A stretch of DNA of 64,000 nt from Octopus sinensis. Taxonomy: Eukaryota. The notes under the pieces are model-generated. The model had not been told where the DNA came from and ran no database searches. It worked only from the letters and a program-made list of their open reading frames with translations. The DNA is taken from the NCBI RefSeq assembly GCF_006345805.1, contig NC_043007.1, positions 24,056,001 to 24,120,000 on the forward strand. Reading direction: 5' to 3'. Positions 11,646 through 24,548 of the stretch are shown here, one piece after another. Numbering within the stretch: the first letter of the stretch is position 1; each line of letters begins with the position of its first letter. Both the position numbers and the translations under genes were made by a program.

Positions 11646-12349
11646 TCAATTCGACGATCAGACGCCACACACCTTCCTTCCAAATACTGCTGTTACCAGC
11701 AGTTAAAACTTAGTGTGCATGCACAGTCCCACTGCGTAGCATCTTGGGCAAGTGTTTTCTACTGTAGCCTAGGGCCGACCAAAGCTTTATGAGAGGATTT
11801 AGTAGATGGAAACTAAAAGAAGCCCGTCGCGTATATATATATATATTCCACGGTATATGGATTCAATTAATCCGGCAGTATTCATGTAAAAGCTCCTTAG
11901 TTTGTCACCATAAACTACATAGAGTATAAGGTAATATACATGAGAAAAGAATAAGGAGAATGTAAAGATATAAATGATAAAGAAATATGATGAACTTTAT
12001 GAAGTTCATATTTCTCTATCATTTATATCTTGACAGCCGGTGTTGGTGTTTTACGTCCCCGTTAACTAGAAGTTAGGCAAAATAGACCGATAGAATAAGT
12101 ACTAAAAATAATGTACTGGGGTCGAGTCGTTCAGCTAAAATCCTTCAAGGTGGTGCCCCAGCATTGCCACAATCTAATGACTGAAGCAAGGGAAAGATAA
12201 AAAAATATGCGCAATAACTGGAATTTCGGTGGGAGAGGGTTAACGGATTACATTGACCCTAGCGGTCAAATGTTATTTTATCTACCCCGAAAGGATGGAG
12301 AACAAAGTCGAGTCGGACGAAATGCCGCTGAGCGTATTTTGCCTGTCGC

Positions 12350-13114
12350 AGTGGCAGAAACATTAGCCCGCCGGGCGAAATGCTTTGCGGTATTTCATCT
12401 GCCGCTACGTTCTGAGTTCAAATTCCGCCGAGGTCGACTTTGCCTTTCATCCTTTCGGGGTCGATTAAATAAGTACCAGTTACGCACTGGGGTCGATGTA
12501 ATCGACTTCATCCGTTTGTCTGTCCCCTCTGTGTTTAGCCCCTTGTGGGTAGTAAAGAAATAGGTATTTCGTCTGCCGTTACGTTCTGAGTTCAAATTCC
12601 GCCGAGGTCGACTTTGCTTTTCATCCTTTCGGGGTCGATAAAATAAGTACCAGTTACGCACTGAGGTCGATATAATCGACTTAATCCGTTTGTCTGTCCT
12701 TGTTTGTCCCCCCTGTGTGTAGTCCCTTGTGGGTAATAAAGAAATAGGTATTTCGTCTGCCGCTACGTTCTGAGTTCAAATTCCGCCGAGGTCGACTTTG
12801 CTTTTTATCCTTTCCGGGTCGATTAAATAAGTACCAGTTACGCACTGAGGTCGATGGAATCGACTTAATCCGTTTGTCTGTCCTTGTTTGTCCCCTCTGT
12901 GTTTAGCCCCTTGTGGGTAGTAAAGAAATAGGTATTTCGTCTGCCGCTACGTTCTGAGTTCAAATTCCGCCGAGGTCGACTTTGCTTTTCATCCTTTCGG
13001 GGTCGATAAAAAAGTACCAGTTACGCACTGGGGTCGATGTAATCGACTTCATCCGTTTGTCTGTCCTTGTTTGTCCCCTCTGTGTGTAGCCCCTTGTGGG
13101 CAGTAAAGAAATAG
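12350..13114 (+). mobile_element. SINE-A head plus four tandem units (174, 184, 184, 183 bp)
   Basis: Units start at 12390, 12564, 12748 and 12932 with identical junctions. Confidence 0.92.
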
Positions 13115-13839
13115 AAATATGTAATGGTTCTTCCAGCTTGTCCTCTAACATTCCTGAAATGTAAATAGAATTTCGATAGACTTCTTAGTCGACACTTTGT
13201 CCTTTAATTTGTGAACCCACGAAGAATGAACGGCAAAGTCAACTTCAGCAGGATTGGAAAGGAAAATATAAAGGAACGCTCGATTTTTCTTTGTATAATT
13301 ATCGATGTAAACAACGAAAGAATCTCCTACGCGGTCATTTGAGCAGTCAAATCTCCTTCAAAATCACAGGTCTTAAGAAAGCAAAGACATCAGATGATGT
13401 GCTCTTGGAATTATATTTTGGGGGAAAAAAAACCATAATAAAACAGCCAGGATAGTCATGGTTGGAGTACCTATTCACCAAAGATTTGAAACTATAAACA
13501 ACAGACGATCCAACGGTGTAGCCTCTGAATGGTCGCCTATCTTGCTAGAAATCACAGCCAAATCTCTCTCAAATTACTCTACCGTCTAAAAAAGGATCAC
13601 ATTGAATGAGGTATAAACTATTTGGTGGGGAAAATGGGGTGGTCATAATCGGAATGCCTTTTGATCAAGTAAATCTGCTCGATCTGCAAATGAATCAGGG
13701 GATAAACTAGTACTACGTGTTTATGGTGGGAGTAGAAGACAAAAGAAAGGAAGGAAGGAAGGAAGAAAGAAAGAGAGAGAGAGAGGGGGGGGGAGTAAGA
13801 AAGAAGCGTATAGTAGTAGAAGCATTTCAATGGTTGAAA

Positions 13840-13903
13840 GCGCGCGTTGCGTAGTTTCCCGCCATATCTAACGAGCTACGCATGCGCGCCGTTTAAGTCA
13901 GTC
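13840..13903 (+). promoter_or_regulatory. CpG-rich ADSS core promoter / 5' UTR with E2F-like and NRF1-like motifs
   Basis: GCGCGCG, TTTCCCGCC (13855-13863, E2F consensus) and CGCATGCGCG (about 13879-13888, NRF1-like) immediately upstream of the ATG. Confidence 0.6.
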
Positions 13904-14155
13904 ATGGAGCTAGATAGAGCTAAGGTGAACTCGAGCTTTAATAAGGTAGCGGACACGAACGGAGGGACATCACAAGCAGCCGAGTTCAATGGAGACGTAG
14001 ATTGCCTACAGCAGCAGCAGACGAAGACTAAGAAACCGAAGATGACCAACGACGATCTGGTCACTGTTGTTGTAGGAACGCAATGGGGAGACGAAGGAAA
14101 GGGAAAAGTGGTCGACATCCTTGCTACGTCGGCCGATGTGGTGTGTCGTTGCCAG
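13904..14155 (+). CDS. ADSS: Adenylosuccinate synthetase, coding exon 1 (84 codons, MELDRAK...[29 protein letters not shown])
   Basis: ATG in gtcATGG context. Contains the AdSS P-loop signature [11 protein letters not shown]. Ends CAG|gtaagt (phase 0). Confidence 0.97.
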
Positions 14156-17100
14156 GTAAGTGTCATCATCGTTAAACCATTATCGTTGTTACTTACTGAC
14201 AAATAACCTTTCTTCCTTCCATCACATTCGGCACGTTCTTCTCTTTACACATCCTACTTGGGCTTTCGCATATTTCCCACGAAGGAGCGAACTTCTAAGC
14301 GGATATTAGATCGGCTAGAAATAACAGCCAAATCTCGCATCTCAGTCTACTAATTATTATCTTCATGAAACAAGGACACACTGGATAATGTAATGTCAGA
14401 TACATTATGTATACTGTATATATATATAGCTATATATATGTATATATATAGCACGTGTTCGATCCGTTAGAAGTAGCAGCCAACTCTTAGATTCCAACTC
14501 CTTCCACCACTGTCTTCATTAAGGAAGAGAAGACACATTGGATGATAGATTTTCTAAAAGTGTAGGAAGAAGACGTTTGCGATGGCTGGAATGCTTTTTT
14601 TTTATTTTTATCATAAGTCTACTCGGTGTTTGCCTGAACTAAACAGCTTTATTAGCCCCCGCCACCAGTATTATATATTCACCTCTGACTGGAAACAAAA
14701 GTGGATTGTCATGCTGCGAGTCATTTGATCACAGGTCTGCTGATCTAATAAAAAAAATCTCCATATATATAAATGTATATATATGTGTGTGTGTATATAT
14801 ATATATAGATAGAAAGATAGGGTAAATTTTTACCGAAGATAAATTTATATGTATGTGTGTGAGTGGTTTATTGTAATATTCATATTTAGTAATCGTTTGT
14901 TAGCGCGATGTGGTTTGGCAGAATCGAAGCGTTGGTATTTGTTTTGGCTCTTTTACTTTCTCAGTTCAGATCATGCTGAGGTCAACTTCATCCTTCACCC
15001 AAATGATAAAATATTGTAATATATTGAAGTACCAGGGCCGTTTGATATATTTCGCTTCCGATCCTTTCTAAAAAATACATCAAGCTCGTAATGGTTGTAT
15101 AACGGATCCCAAATCCCTTGTCCAACTATGAGGCTCTGCTTACGAGCGAAGAAATATACCGATTGTAGTACACTGTCGTCACATCAATAATGATAGCATC
15201 TATAACACCCTATATCACTTTCTATTCAACACTCACCCATTCTATCATTCATTTGTATTCACACACACACACACACACACACACCCTGTCATTCACTCAT
15301 GTGCCCTCTCTAAATAGGACCCCATCAAAAATGAATCGTGCTAAATAAATAGATATGGGTACAAGGCATGAAATTTGGTGGGAGGTGTAAGTCGATCAAA
15401 TCGACTCCACTTCTTGAAGGGTACTTTATTTTATTGGTCTCAAAAAGAGGAAAAGCGAAACTGACCTAGGCCGGACTTGAACCCTGAATACCACAAGGCA
15501 TTTTATCCGATTTTTTAACGATTCTGACAAGCCACCATCCTTTATAATATTAATAACATGAATAATAATAATAATATCCTTTCTTTATTAGTCATCAGGG
15601 CCGACAAAAATAAAATTGGACATTACAAAACATGAATAATAATATCGAACAATATGTGTGTGTGTGTGTGTATTGGAGTGTGGAAGCGTTGAGAACGGTG
15701 TCAAGCGTCTTGAGTAACCAATACATAAAATAATCCATTTATGTCTCTGTTCAGTGCTAAATGCTTATATTTAATATATATATATATACAAGGCGTACCC
15801 AATATGGGTATCCCGTACTTTAAAGCCTGAAATAAACTATACTCTATACCAAGGACTGAGTATTCTCTTTCGTTGACAAACTGTAACATTTTAAAAATTG
15901 AATATGTGTGTATATGTATGTACACACATATATACCCATCCTTCTGTTAAGGTCGTTCGTTTTGTAAGTGGTTTTTTTTTTTTTTGGAATATACCATTTT
16001 GCACTCTTTATTATATATTCGGTGGGTGTATTTTTAGTTGATGCCAGAATCGACAGGGATGCCCAGCAAAGCGTCATACTTAGCCTAATTAGTTTTATTC
16101 CCTCCTCATTCTGAAATTGGAATTCTGCCTAAGATCGTCTTGGATTTTCATTTCTCTTGGTCGATTAAATAATGCACCCATTTTGTTCTTGGGGCGCTAA
16201 ATGTTCAAAACTACAATCCATCCACCTAGTTCTAACTTCCTAATTGCCACTGATAAATTAACTAGCCCCAACACCTGGAGTGTTTGATAAATCGCCTGTT
16301 CCCAACTCCTTCCTCAATCTGTGGCCTTGTGACTGTTGTTATGAAAATCAATATTTTTAAAATTTTTATTCTTTATTACAAAGGCACTTGATTGGGCAGA
16401 ATAATGCCTGGCAATATTTGTTCCGGTTCTCTTAAGTTCTGAATTTAAAGTACCAATGAAGTACGGAATCAAATAATCGATTATTTCTTTCCCTCCAATT
16501 TCTGGCCTCCTGCCAAATTTAAGAAATCGTCATCACTGCTCATCTCTTTACTTTTGAGTTCAAATGCTTTAAGGTGGTTGAGTAGCTGGGGTTGACTTCG
16601 TTAACTATCCATCCGTCTAGTGTTGTTTTATCTCTCTCTGGGTCTGTCCTAATCGAACTGACTTTAATCAATATCATTCTAGCCATAACCATTTCGTTTA
16701 GTTTCGACGACTACATAATCCAGTGGTTCTTTGAGACGGTAAGATATGATGCGAAGAAGATTGGTTGCTATTTCTGGCAGCTCGAACGACTACGGCATTC
16801 GTGCATTCACTGACGATGGAGATATTTAACCCCAGACCAACCTTGATTGAGTAGGTCTGTGTTGAAAGGGCTTTCCATGGCCGTGATTATCTAGTTCTTT
16901 GTTTAAATGTAATGTTACCAGGACTACGTTACCCCGCTTATAAATAGATACCAGACTAATAAATATTGGATCATTTAAGAGACTTGTGATATTGGGCTTA
17001 TGTTAATAACTAATATTACATATTCGTATGTCGTAAACTTTCTGTACAGTAATTTGTCCTGATGTCTTTGTGGAAACGGCATCGTACTTTTATTTTTGTT

Positions 17101-17639
17101 GCAGGATGTATAAATGTATGTGTGATATATGTGTTTGTGTGTGTAAGTATATATAAATAGTGTGTAGTTTATGTGTGTATGAAATAGTCAAGATATATAG
17201 AACCAGTAATTCTACGTGTGTTATTAGATAGATATCTTTTGTATATCTTGCTAGTTACTCTTACAACTAGCACACATCTCGCATTTCTGGATATCTGGGG
17301 CTTCCTCAACATAAAGGATGACCTCGTGCATCGCACTAAAATGTATGAAATGGGCGCGTACACATGCACTGTTCCACTTACGTAATGCCAACTAGTTATT
17401 GTCAGCGGATGTGTTTATGCTTTTATATAATTTACCAGATAAAACCCTCTCTCTCTCTCATACACGCACGCACATTTTTTTTCTCTCTCATCCATCTATT
17501 CACCTGTCTCTATATCCACCGGTATATCTCTCTACTGCTTGCGATGTGCCTTCTCTGTCTCCCATGTATATATATTTGATTTGCTGCTCTTGTTACACCT
17601 TGTTATTTTTATGTCATAAGTTTTTTTTTTTCTATTAAG

Positions 17640-18060
17640 TCTTCCTCTTGGCTTTTTTTCCAGGAGCTTTTCCAACAACCAACAACTTTTGTAGACCATT
17701 TTATTTACCCTGTGACACGTTCAAAATATCTTAAGTTTTCGCTAGTCCAGTTTTGTGCTTTTTTTTTTTTACAAGACTCCATTCAATTCTAGTTTCGTCC
17801 AACGCAAATGGCTTTGTCCTCTTTTTCTGTGTAACTAATTCTCAGAATTCTTCAACAGTACCAAAGTTGGAAACTGTCTTTTCTCTCTATCAGCTTTTTT
17901 AAGAGTCCAGCACATAGATTCGTGTTATTATCTATCTTTTGTTTCTTCCTTCATTCTTACTACCGTTTCTTCCTCGCAAGGTACATCTGAGATGCCATAC
18001 CGAAGTGTCAGGTTTCGTTTCACTGCTATTTTTTAATATATTTGATATCTTCTGTATTGT
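17640..18060 (-). mobile_element. RTE-clade LINE, decayed RT C-terminal fragment
   Basis: Minus translation CWTLKKADRE, RILRISYTEK, RYF and GKAPGKKPRGR, typical of RTE/BovB ORF ends. Confidence 0.7.
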
Positions 18061-18172
18061 TATTACCACTTAAGTTCAGTGTCGATGCTCCACAACTGCT
18101 TTCAGCCTACCTTATTCTATTTCTCATTCATATATAACTTCTGAATGTGCGTACGCGCGTGTGTATTATGTA

Positions 18173-18398
18173 AGAGAGGGGTAACTGAAAAGTTTCTGGC
18201 TTTGGGGAAAAGAAAATACAGGAGGATCAGTTAATTATGATTTTATTATTGAACGTATTTCCTTCTCAGATTCACACACTTATTGCAGCGGCCCCTCAGT
18301 TTAAATTTAAGCCCTGTGAAAGAACTCGGAAGGTTAGGCCTCCAACCGTGCCGTTCGCGACACCCTTAAGGCCAGGAACTTTTCTGCACCACCCCTTC
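18173..18398. mobile_element. Mariner-derived MITE
   Basis: Imperfect TIRs GAGGGGTAACTGAAAAGTTTCTGGCTTT and AAGGCCAGGAACTTTTCTGCACCACCCCTTC, in TA context. Confidence 0.6.
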
Positions 18399-18681
18399 AT
18401 ATATACTCGTTTTCGTGGATATTACATATGAATTTTACGTATATATACATGCATATATATACATATTATATATATATATATATATATATATACACAAAAA
18501 TGACCCGGACAGTAGGTAATCCAGTGTGGAGTTCATAGTTGGAATTCCGAGGTCAAATCCTGACGTCTCCAGATACAAATACACTCAAACTTTTATCTCA
18601 TCAACTTACCTGTCGCTTCTTCCCTTCTTAACCACCCCACTCTCATAGAAAAGCATTCCAACCTGGTTTCTAACCGTTCAC

Positions 18682-19245
18682 TCCTTTGTTATCGTTTGGT
18701 TTAGGTTTAAGAGTTCAAAGTGGACTAAACCTTTCATATCCCACCAAACAGATAACAACTTACGTGGGTGAAGACCTTTAACATGGGGTACCGGTGTTTC
18801 TCCTTTCCCTACCCATTGTCTTCGGCGCTTGACATTTTTATAGGGAACTCATTTCTCGTCACCAGTCACTATTCGGTCGAAAAAAGGTTCATTTGTGAGA
18901 CATAACAGCAAAGAAGAACACACATTCACTCTCTGCGTACGATTAGACTCGGAAAGTTTGTGAGAAATCCATTGACCCAGTTTGCTGACTTTCCGATTGT
19001 ACGCAGGTGTCGATGAATGGTTGAATGAGCAAATCCAAGCTTTTCTGCTAGTTCCTCAACAGTTACAATGGGATTTTGTTCCACCGGGATTTGCTGGATG
19101 TTCTCGTCGAGCTCTATAGATCTTCAAGGACGAGACTCGTCTTCTAGGTTGTAGTTTCCGGTTCGTAATTTCTGGAGGCACCGTTGACACTGGCTTACGC
19201 TTATTGTCCGATCCCCATATGCTGCATTAATATGTTCCAGCCTCG
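18682..19245 (-). mobile_element. Decayed mariner transposase fragment
   Basis: NAAYGDRT, LEDESRP, EELAEKLGFAHSTIHRHL, DRIVTGDEK, LSVWWDMKGLVHFELL. Confidence 0.9.
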
Positions 19246-19249
19246 TTGT

Positions 19250-20310
19250 TTATCATTGATAAAATGACAGAGGACGATTCAGTGTAGAATTTATAGTAAA
19301 AAAATGTAAACAAACAGAAAACGAAAACTCCCCCAAAGCGGGGAGACATTGGGTGAATATTTGAGGAAACCTCACAGCCATGGTAACTCTGAACACTAAG
19401 ACAAAATGCCCTCTTCCAGTTATCTTTTTCCAATGTACAGGTGCATGCTCAGTGTAGGCCCGTTCACTCGGACCATGCTAACCATTCTGATATTTGCTAG
19501 GAGGCAACATTTGGTCCTCTAACTTTATTTTCCTTTTCAAGTAAAACTTGCAAAAGCTGACCAAAGAAGAAGGTCCCTGCCTTCAGGCCTTTCAATCGCA
19601 TCCATCACAACTTCTTCCTCCAAAGCTACAAGTCAAAAACTGTCAGCCCTTTCCAGCCAAAGGAAGGTGGCGGGACGATCTTCATTATGAATTCAGCTGA
19701 TAGCCAGATCTGTCCAACACGGGATGGCAGCTGTTCGACGTAACTCCACAAGTGAGCAATGTGTACAAAACGGTTTCGTCTCCTGTGCGTATCTCGGGCA
19801 GACCTGGCTTACAGTATTTTCTTTTTTGTAGAGTTTATCTCGGATCCATAAGTTCCGGCTCGAAAGCCCTGAACAAACCGGGTGTTTGATTTCCATCGAC
19901 GCTCAGAAATTCCCAGAGAACGATATCGCTTTTGCTCTCCCCCAATCATCTCGTAAACGCCAACGTGAAATTTCCACCTCCGGCTATTGCTCGATTGGTA
20001 GAGGGCTGTGAGCACGATAACATTCTACATACTAAATGTCCTGTCTCAGTCTTCACTTGATCCAAGACTAGAACTGTGTTAAGGAGACGAGCTATAGGCA
20101 ACTGTATCTGTTCACCGTCAAGTAATCTCTGGAGATGTCTGTCGCAGCCTCAGCGCTTGCCTGTACATCATCAGCGACGGGATGCCCAGTCCTCCACGCA
20201 GTGGCTATTGACAGCAAAAGCAGCGCCTGACTAGATTCGGTTATGATTGGAACACTGATCAACAGGTTTGCCCTGCTCGTCTCGTGTTGGTGATCAAGGT
20301 TAACCTCGAT
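19250..20310 (-). mobile_element. L1/Tx1-like LINE 3' fragment adjoining the mariner relic
   Basis: Frameshifted C-terminal zinc-knuckle-like stretch IRDKLY..VSQVCPR..DETVLYTLLTC at about 19730-19850, followed by a probable 3' UTR. Confidence 0.55.
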
Positions 20311-20733
20311 CTATAAACACATCACACACACACACGCACGCAAACAAAATACATTTTAATAAATACATATAAGATTGGTTGTTTTTTTTAGCTTTTCCGT
20401 CTCCATTTAAAATTTTTTTATACTACTGTATATAACTTTTTCTGACATTACTCGCGCAACACTTGTATACGTAAAAACAAAGGCATTAACGTTGAAGCAG
20501 AACTTTTATATAAACAAGTGATTCAGGAACAATAGAAAGGAAAAAAACACTGATAGATCTGAAGAATAAACTTATCAAATTACGTAAACAACATACATTA
20601 TAGCCTGATCAGGGAAAACCCGTGATCTCATTGAACTATATGGTCCAATTCATGTTAGCATTAGTGATTCATGCATATGTGTGCATGCGCAGCCATATCT
20701 TTCTAATTGTCTTGTATTATTTGTACACGTTAA

Positions 20734-21232
20734 GGCGGTGAGCTGGCAGAAACGTTAGCACGCCGGGCATAATGTGTAGCTATATTTCGTCCGCCGTTAC
20801 GTCCTGAGTTCAAATTCTGCCGAGGTCGACTTTGCCTTTCATCCTTTCGGGGTCGATAAATTAAGTACCAGTTACGCACTGGGGTCGATGTAATCAACTT
20901 AATCTGTTTGTCCCCTCTTTGTTTAGCCCCTTGTGGGTAGTAAAGAAATAGGTATTTCCTCTGCCGTTACGATCTGAGTTCAAATACCGCCGAGGTCGAC
21001 TTTGCCTTTCATCCTTTCGGGGTCGATAAATTAAGTACCAGTTACGCACTGGGGTCGATGTAATCAACTTAATCTGTTCGTCTGTCCTTGTTTGTCCCCT
21101 CTTTGTTTAGCCCCTTGTGGGTAGTAAAGAAATAGGTATTTCGTCTGCCGTTACGATCTGAGTTCAAATACCGCCGAGGTCGACTTTGCCTTTCATCCTT
21201 TCGGGGTCGATTAAATAAGCACCAGTTACGCA
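20734..21232 (+). mobile_element. SINE-A head plus tandem units (third unit truncated)
   Basis: Junctions at 20951/20952 and about 21135. Confidence 0.9.
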
Positions 21233-21731
21233 CTATATAAAGACACACACACACACACACGACAGGCTTCTTTCGGTTTCCGCCTACCAAATCCACTCAC
21301 AAGGCTTTGGTCGGCCTGAGGCTGTAGCAGAAGACACTTGCTCAAGGTGCCACGCAAGCTTCTTACCACTAGCCACGCCTTCTTTTACTCGTTTCAGCCA
21401 TGCGGATGAAGGCGCATGGCTCAGTGGTTAGAGCGTGGGGCTCACAATCATGAGGTAGTGAGTTCGATTCTCGTACCAGGCCGTATGTGTGTGTGTGACA
21501 CTTTTTTCGCGTTGCTCCAGTTCACTCAGCTGTAGAAATGAGTTTGATAACATCACTGGTGTGGAGAGGAGAGGCTGGTATGCATGGGCGACTGCTGGTC
21601 TTCCATAAACAACCTTGCCTGGACTTGTGCCTTGGAGGGTGACTTTCTAGGTGCAATCCCGTGGTCAGTCATGACCGAAGGGGGTCTTTATATGTATATA
21701 TATGTATTTATATAATACACACACATACATA

Positions 21732-21958
21732 TAGTGGCGTAGGCCGGTTTATGGGGTTACCCTGGGTTTCTCGCTCATAAGAGGTTTAGCCTTACGGAGT
21801 ATCTTCAGACCCCAAACACTGCTGGCCTGAGACCTCTTTAAAATAATTTAAAGACGTCTCAGGCCAGCAGTGTTTGGGGTTTGAAGATATGCCATAAAGC
21901 TAAATTCCTTATGAGCGAGAAACCGAAGGTAACTTCATAAACCGGCCTACTCTACTAC
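21732..21958. repeat. Fold-back palindrome (about 110-bp arms, 4-nt loop), probable MITE
   Basis: Left arm ...cagaccccaaacactgctggcctgagacctctttaaa mirrors tttaaagacgtctcaggccagcagtgtttggggtttg... over the whole length with scattered mismatches. Confidence 0.85.
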
Positions 21959-24149
21959 AGGGGCAGACTGAGTCGTCAGTCTGTAGGGCACTGCCCGAAG
22001 GGCCAGAGCTCTGAGGGCCCCGCACTGTATATGTTAACTCTACTAAAACGCACATTCAAGGGGGCCCGGTAAACAGTTATGCCCGAGTGCCCTTAATACT
22101 CCGAATCCACCTCTGCCCCATTATAGTATTAACTGCTTTAGATCTTAGAGTGTGCTTCTCCAGATTTATGTTTTTCTATAAACTAATATATATACATAAT
22201 GTTTGGCATATATACACACACATATATATATATACATAATGTTTGTGTGTAAGCGTGTGTGTCTGTTTGTCCCCACTACCACTTGACAACCGTTGCTGGT
22301 TTGTTTACTTAGTAGTTTAGCAAAAAGAAGCTGATAGAATAAATACAAAGCTTTAAAAAAAATAAGTACTTAGGTTCGAGTAACCCTTCAGGGCGGTAAC
22401 CCAGTATGACCACAGTGCAATAACAAAAACAAATAAAAGATACCCTTTTCCTTTCCCATGATTTCAAGAGGCAGCTGTATGTCTCTTGTTGACGCCATCC
22501 TACAATTTTCACAGTTAAAGTACAAGATGGTTCTATAATAGACACGAAAACGTACTTAATATCCCATTCACTAAGCTGTTATCACTTTCCCCTCTCAAAA
22601 TTCACAATTTTAGTACAAGTTAGCTCCTGACACGAACGCATTGTCAATGGATAGAATTGAGCGAAGGTCAGGAACTTAATTTCCCTGTCACTGCCCGCCG
22701 TGTGAAAATTTCTGGCCCTAAAACGAAAGCTTTTTGCCAAACTGAAAATTTGTGGTTGATGTGAATATTATTTTATTTATTTACTGAAAAAATGATAGTT
22801 TCTAGGAAAGTGAAAGCGTCGTCAGAGATGCCTACGATAAAACGATGCCTGTTTGCACTAAACTGATATAAATACATATCCTGAACTAAACATTAAACCA
22901 CATCCGTTGGCGAGTCTCCAGCACGAAATTTAGAAGTTTCGAAGGCTATAGAGATATGCTTTAGTCTCTACAATTCCTGGATCTACTCCGGCTCGGGGTG
23001 GTAGTACCTGTCAAGGGTCTCAACTAATAGCAGAAAATTGTTCTGTGGTTAAGAGATACGAGCTTGACGTAGGATTGACTATAGATGTATGTGGCATAGA
23101 TCCAATGGTTTGTGAATATGCCCTGATATTATGTAAACCAGTGCCTCCTGTCTAAGGTCTAAATAGGCCTTGTGCTTCAAAGTTTAAGCTCAGAGGAGCA
23201 CAAGACGAGCAGAGCAAATAGTAAATAAGCCAGTAGAAGGTAATGGGGTAACCCACTGCTGTATTTTTACCGAGAAAAATCACGATTCTTCTTACTCTAG
23301 CATAGATGCCTAAAGACATGGGTGGATAGAAAGAGAGATGTATTTTTAATATATATTCGTGAACTGAAGGCGGCGAGATGGCAGAATTGTTACCGTCCCA
23401 GACAAAATGCTTAACGGCATTTCGTCCGTTTTCCCGTTCTGAGTTCAAATTCCGTCGAGGTCGACTTTGCTTTTCATCTTTTCGGAGCCGATAAGATATG
23501 TATCAGTTGAGGGCTGGGGTCAATTTAAACGATTTACTCCCTCCCAGGAATTTGCTGGCCTTGTGGCAAAATTTGAAATCAATGTTTATTCGCATGTTTT
23601 TTTTTTTAATTTCTTTACTTTACTTGTTTCAGTCATTTGACTGCGGCCATGCTGGAGCACCGCCTTTAGTCGAATCAAATCGACCGCAGGACTTATTCTT
23701 TGTAAGCCTAGTACATATTCTGTCGGTCTCTTTTGCCGAACCGCTAAGTTACGGGGACCTAAACACACCAGCATCGGTTGTCAAGCGATGTTGGGGGGAC
23801 AAACATATACACACACATACGTATACATATATACGACGAGCTTCTTTCAGTTTCCATCTATCAAATCCACTCACAAGGCTTTGGTCGGCCCGAGGCTATA
23901 GTAGAAGTCACTTGCCCAAGGTTCCACGCAGTTGGACTGAACCCAGAACCATATGGTTGGTAAGCAAGCTACATACCACACAGCCACCCCTGCTAATAAT
24001 TTACATTTCTGATATACAGTAATCTCTCGACTGTCGCAGCTGTTATGTTTCAAAACCACCCGCGAAGTAGAAACAATACAGTATGTATTTATTTCATTAT
24101 AAATGCAAAACAACACCACGGAGGAATCGACGTAAGCTTAAATAATCCT

Positions 24150-24548
24150 TTTTACTATAGGCGCAAGGCCTGGAATTTTGGGGCAGGGGATTAGTCGATA
24201 ATATCGATCCCAGCATGTAACTGGTACTTAATTTATCGACCCCGAAAGGGTGAAATGCAAAGTCAACCTAAGCAAAATTTGAACTCAGAACGTAACGGCA
24301 GACGAAATACCTATTTCTTTACTACCCACAAGGGGATAAACACAAAGGGGACGAACAAGGACAGACAAACGGATTAAGTCGATTACATCGACTCCAGTGC
24401 GTAACTGGTACTTATTTAATCGACCCCCGAAAGGATGAAAGGCAAAGTTGACTTCAGCAGAATTTGAACTCAGAACGTAGCGACATGCGAAATATCGCTA
24501 AGCATTTTTCGTCCGGCGTGCTAACGGTTCTCCCAGCTCGCTGCCTTT
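24150..24548 (-). mobile_element. SINE-A dimer ending in an A' tail
   Basis: Reverse complement of the same junction at about 24311. Confidence 0.85.

Noticed and set aside
12390-13114. CRISPR-like regular repeat array
   Set aside because: Units are about 184 bp, near-identical along their whole length, with no unique spacers, in a eukaryotic context.
13120-13153. Strong minus-strand acceptor (tatttacatttcag|GAATGTTAGAG) as an exon of a divergent gene
   Set aside because: Runs straight into the SINE-A array, with no donor and no upstream exon found.
15120-15155. CTATGAG-GCTC..GAGC-GAAG hammerhead-like relic
   Set aside because: Several core positions are missing; too degenerate to support.
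23498-24022. 174-aa ORF and similar FSHLTAAMLEH / SRRHLPKVPRSG / RRNLNSER peptides
   Set aside because: They recur wherever SINE-A or SINE-B occurs and are SINE read-through frames.
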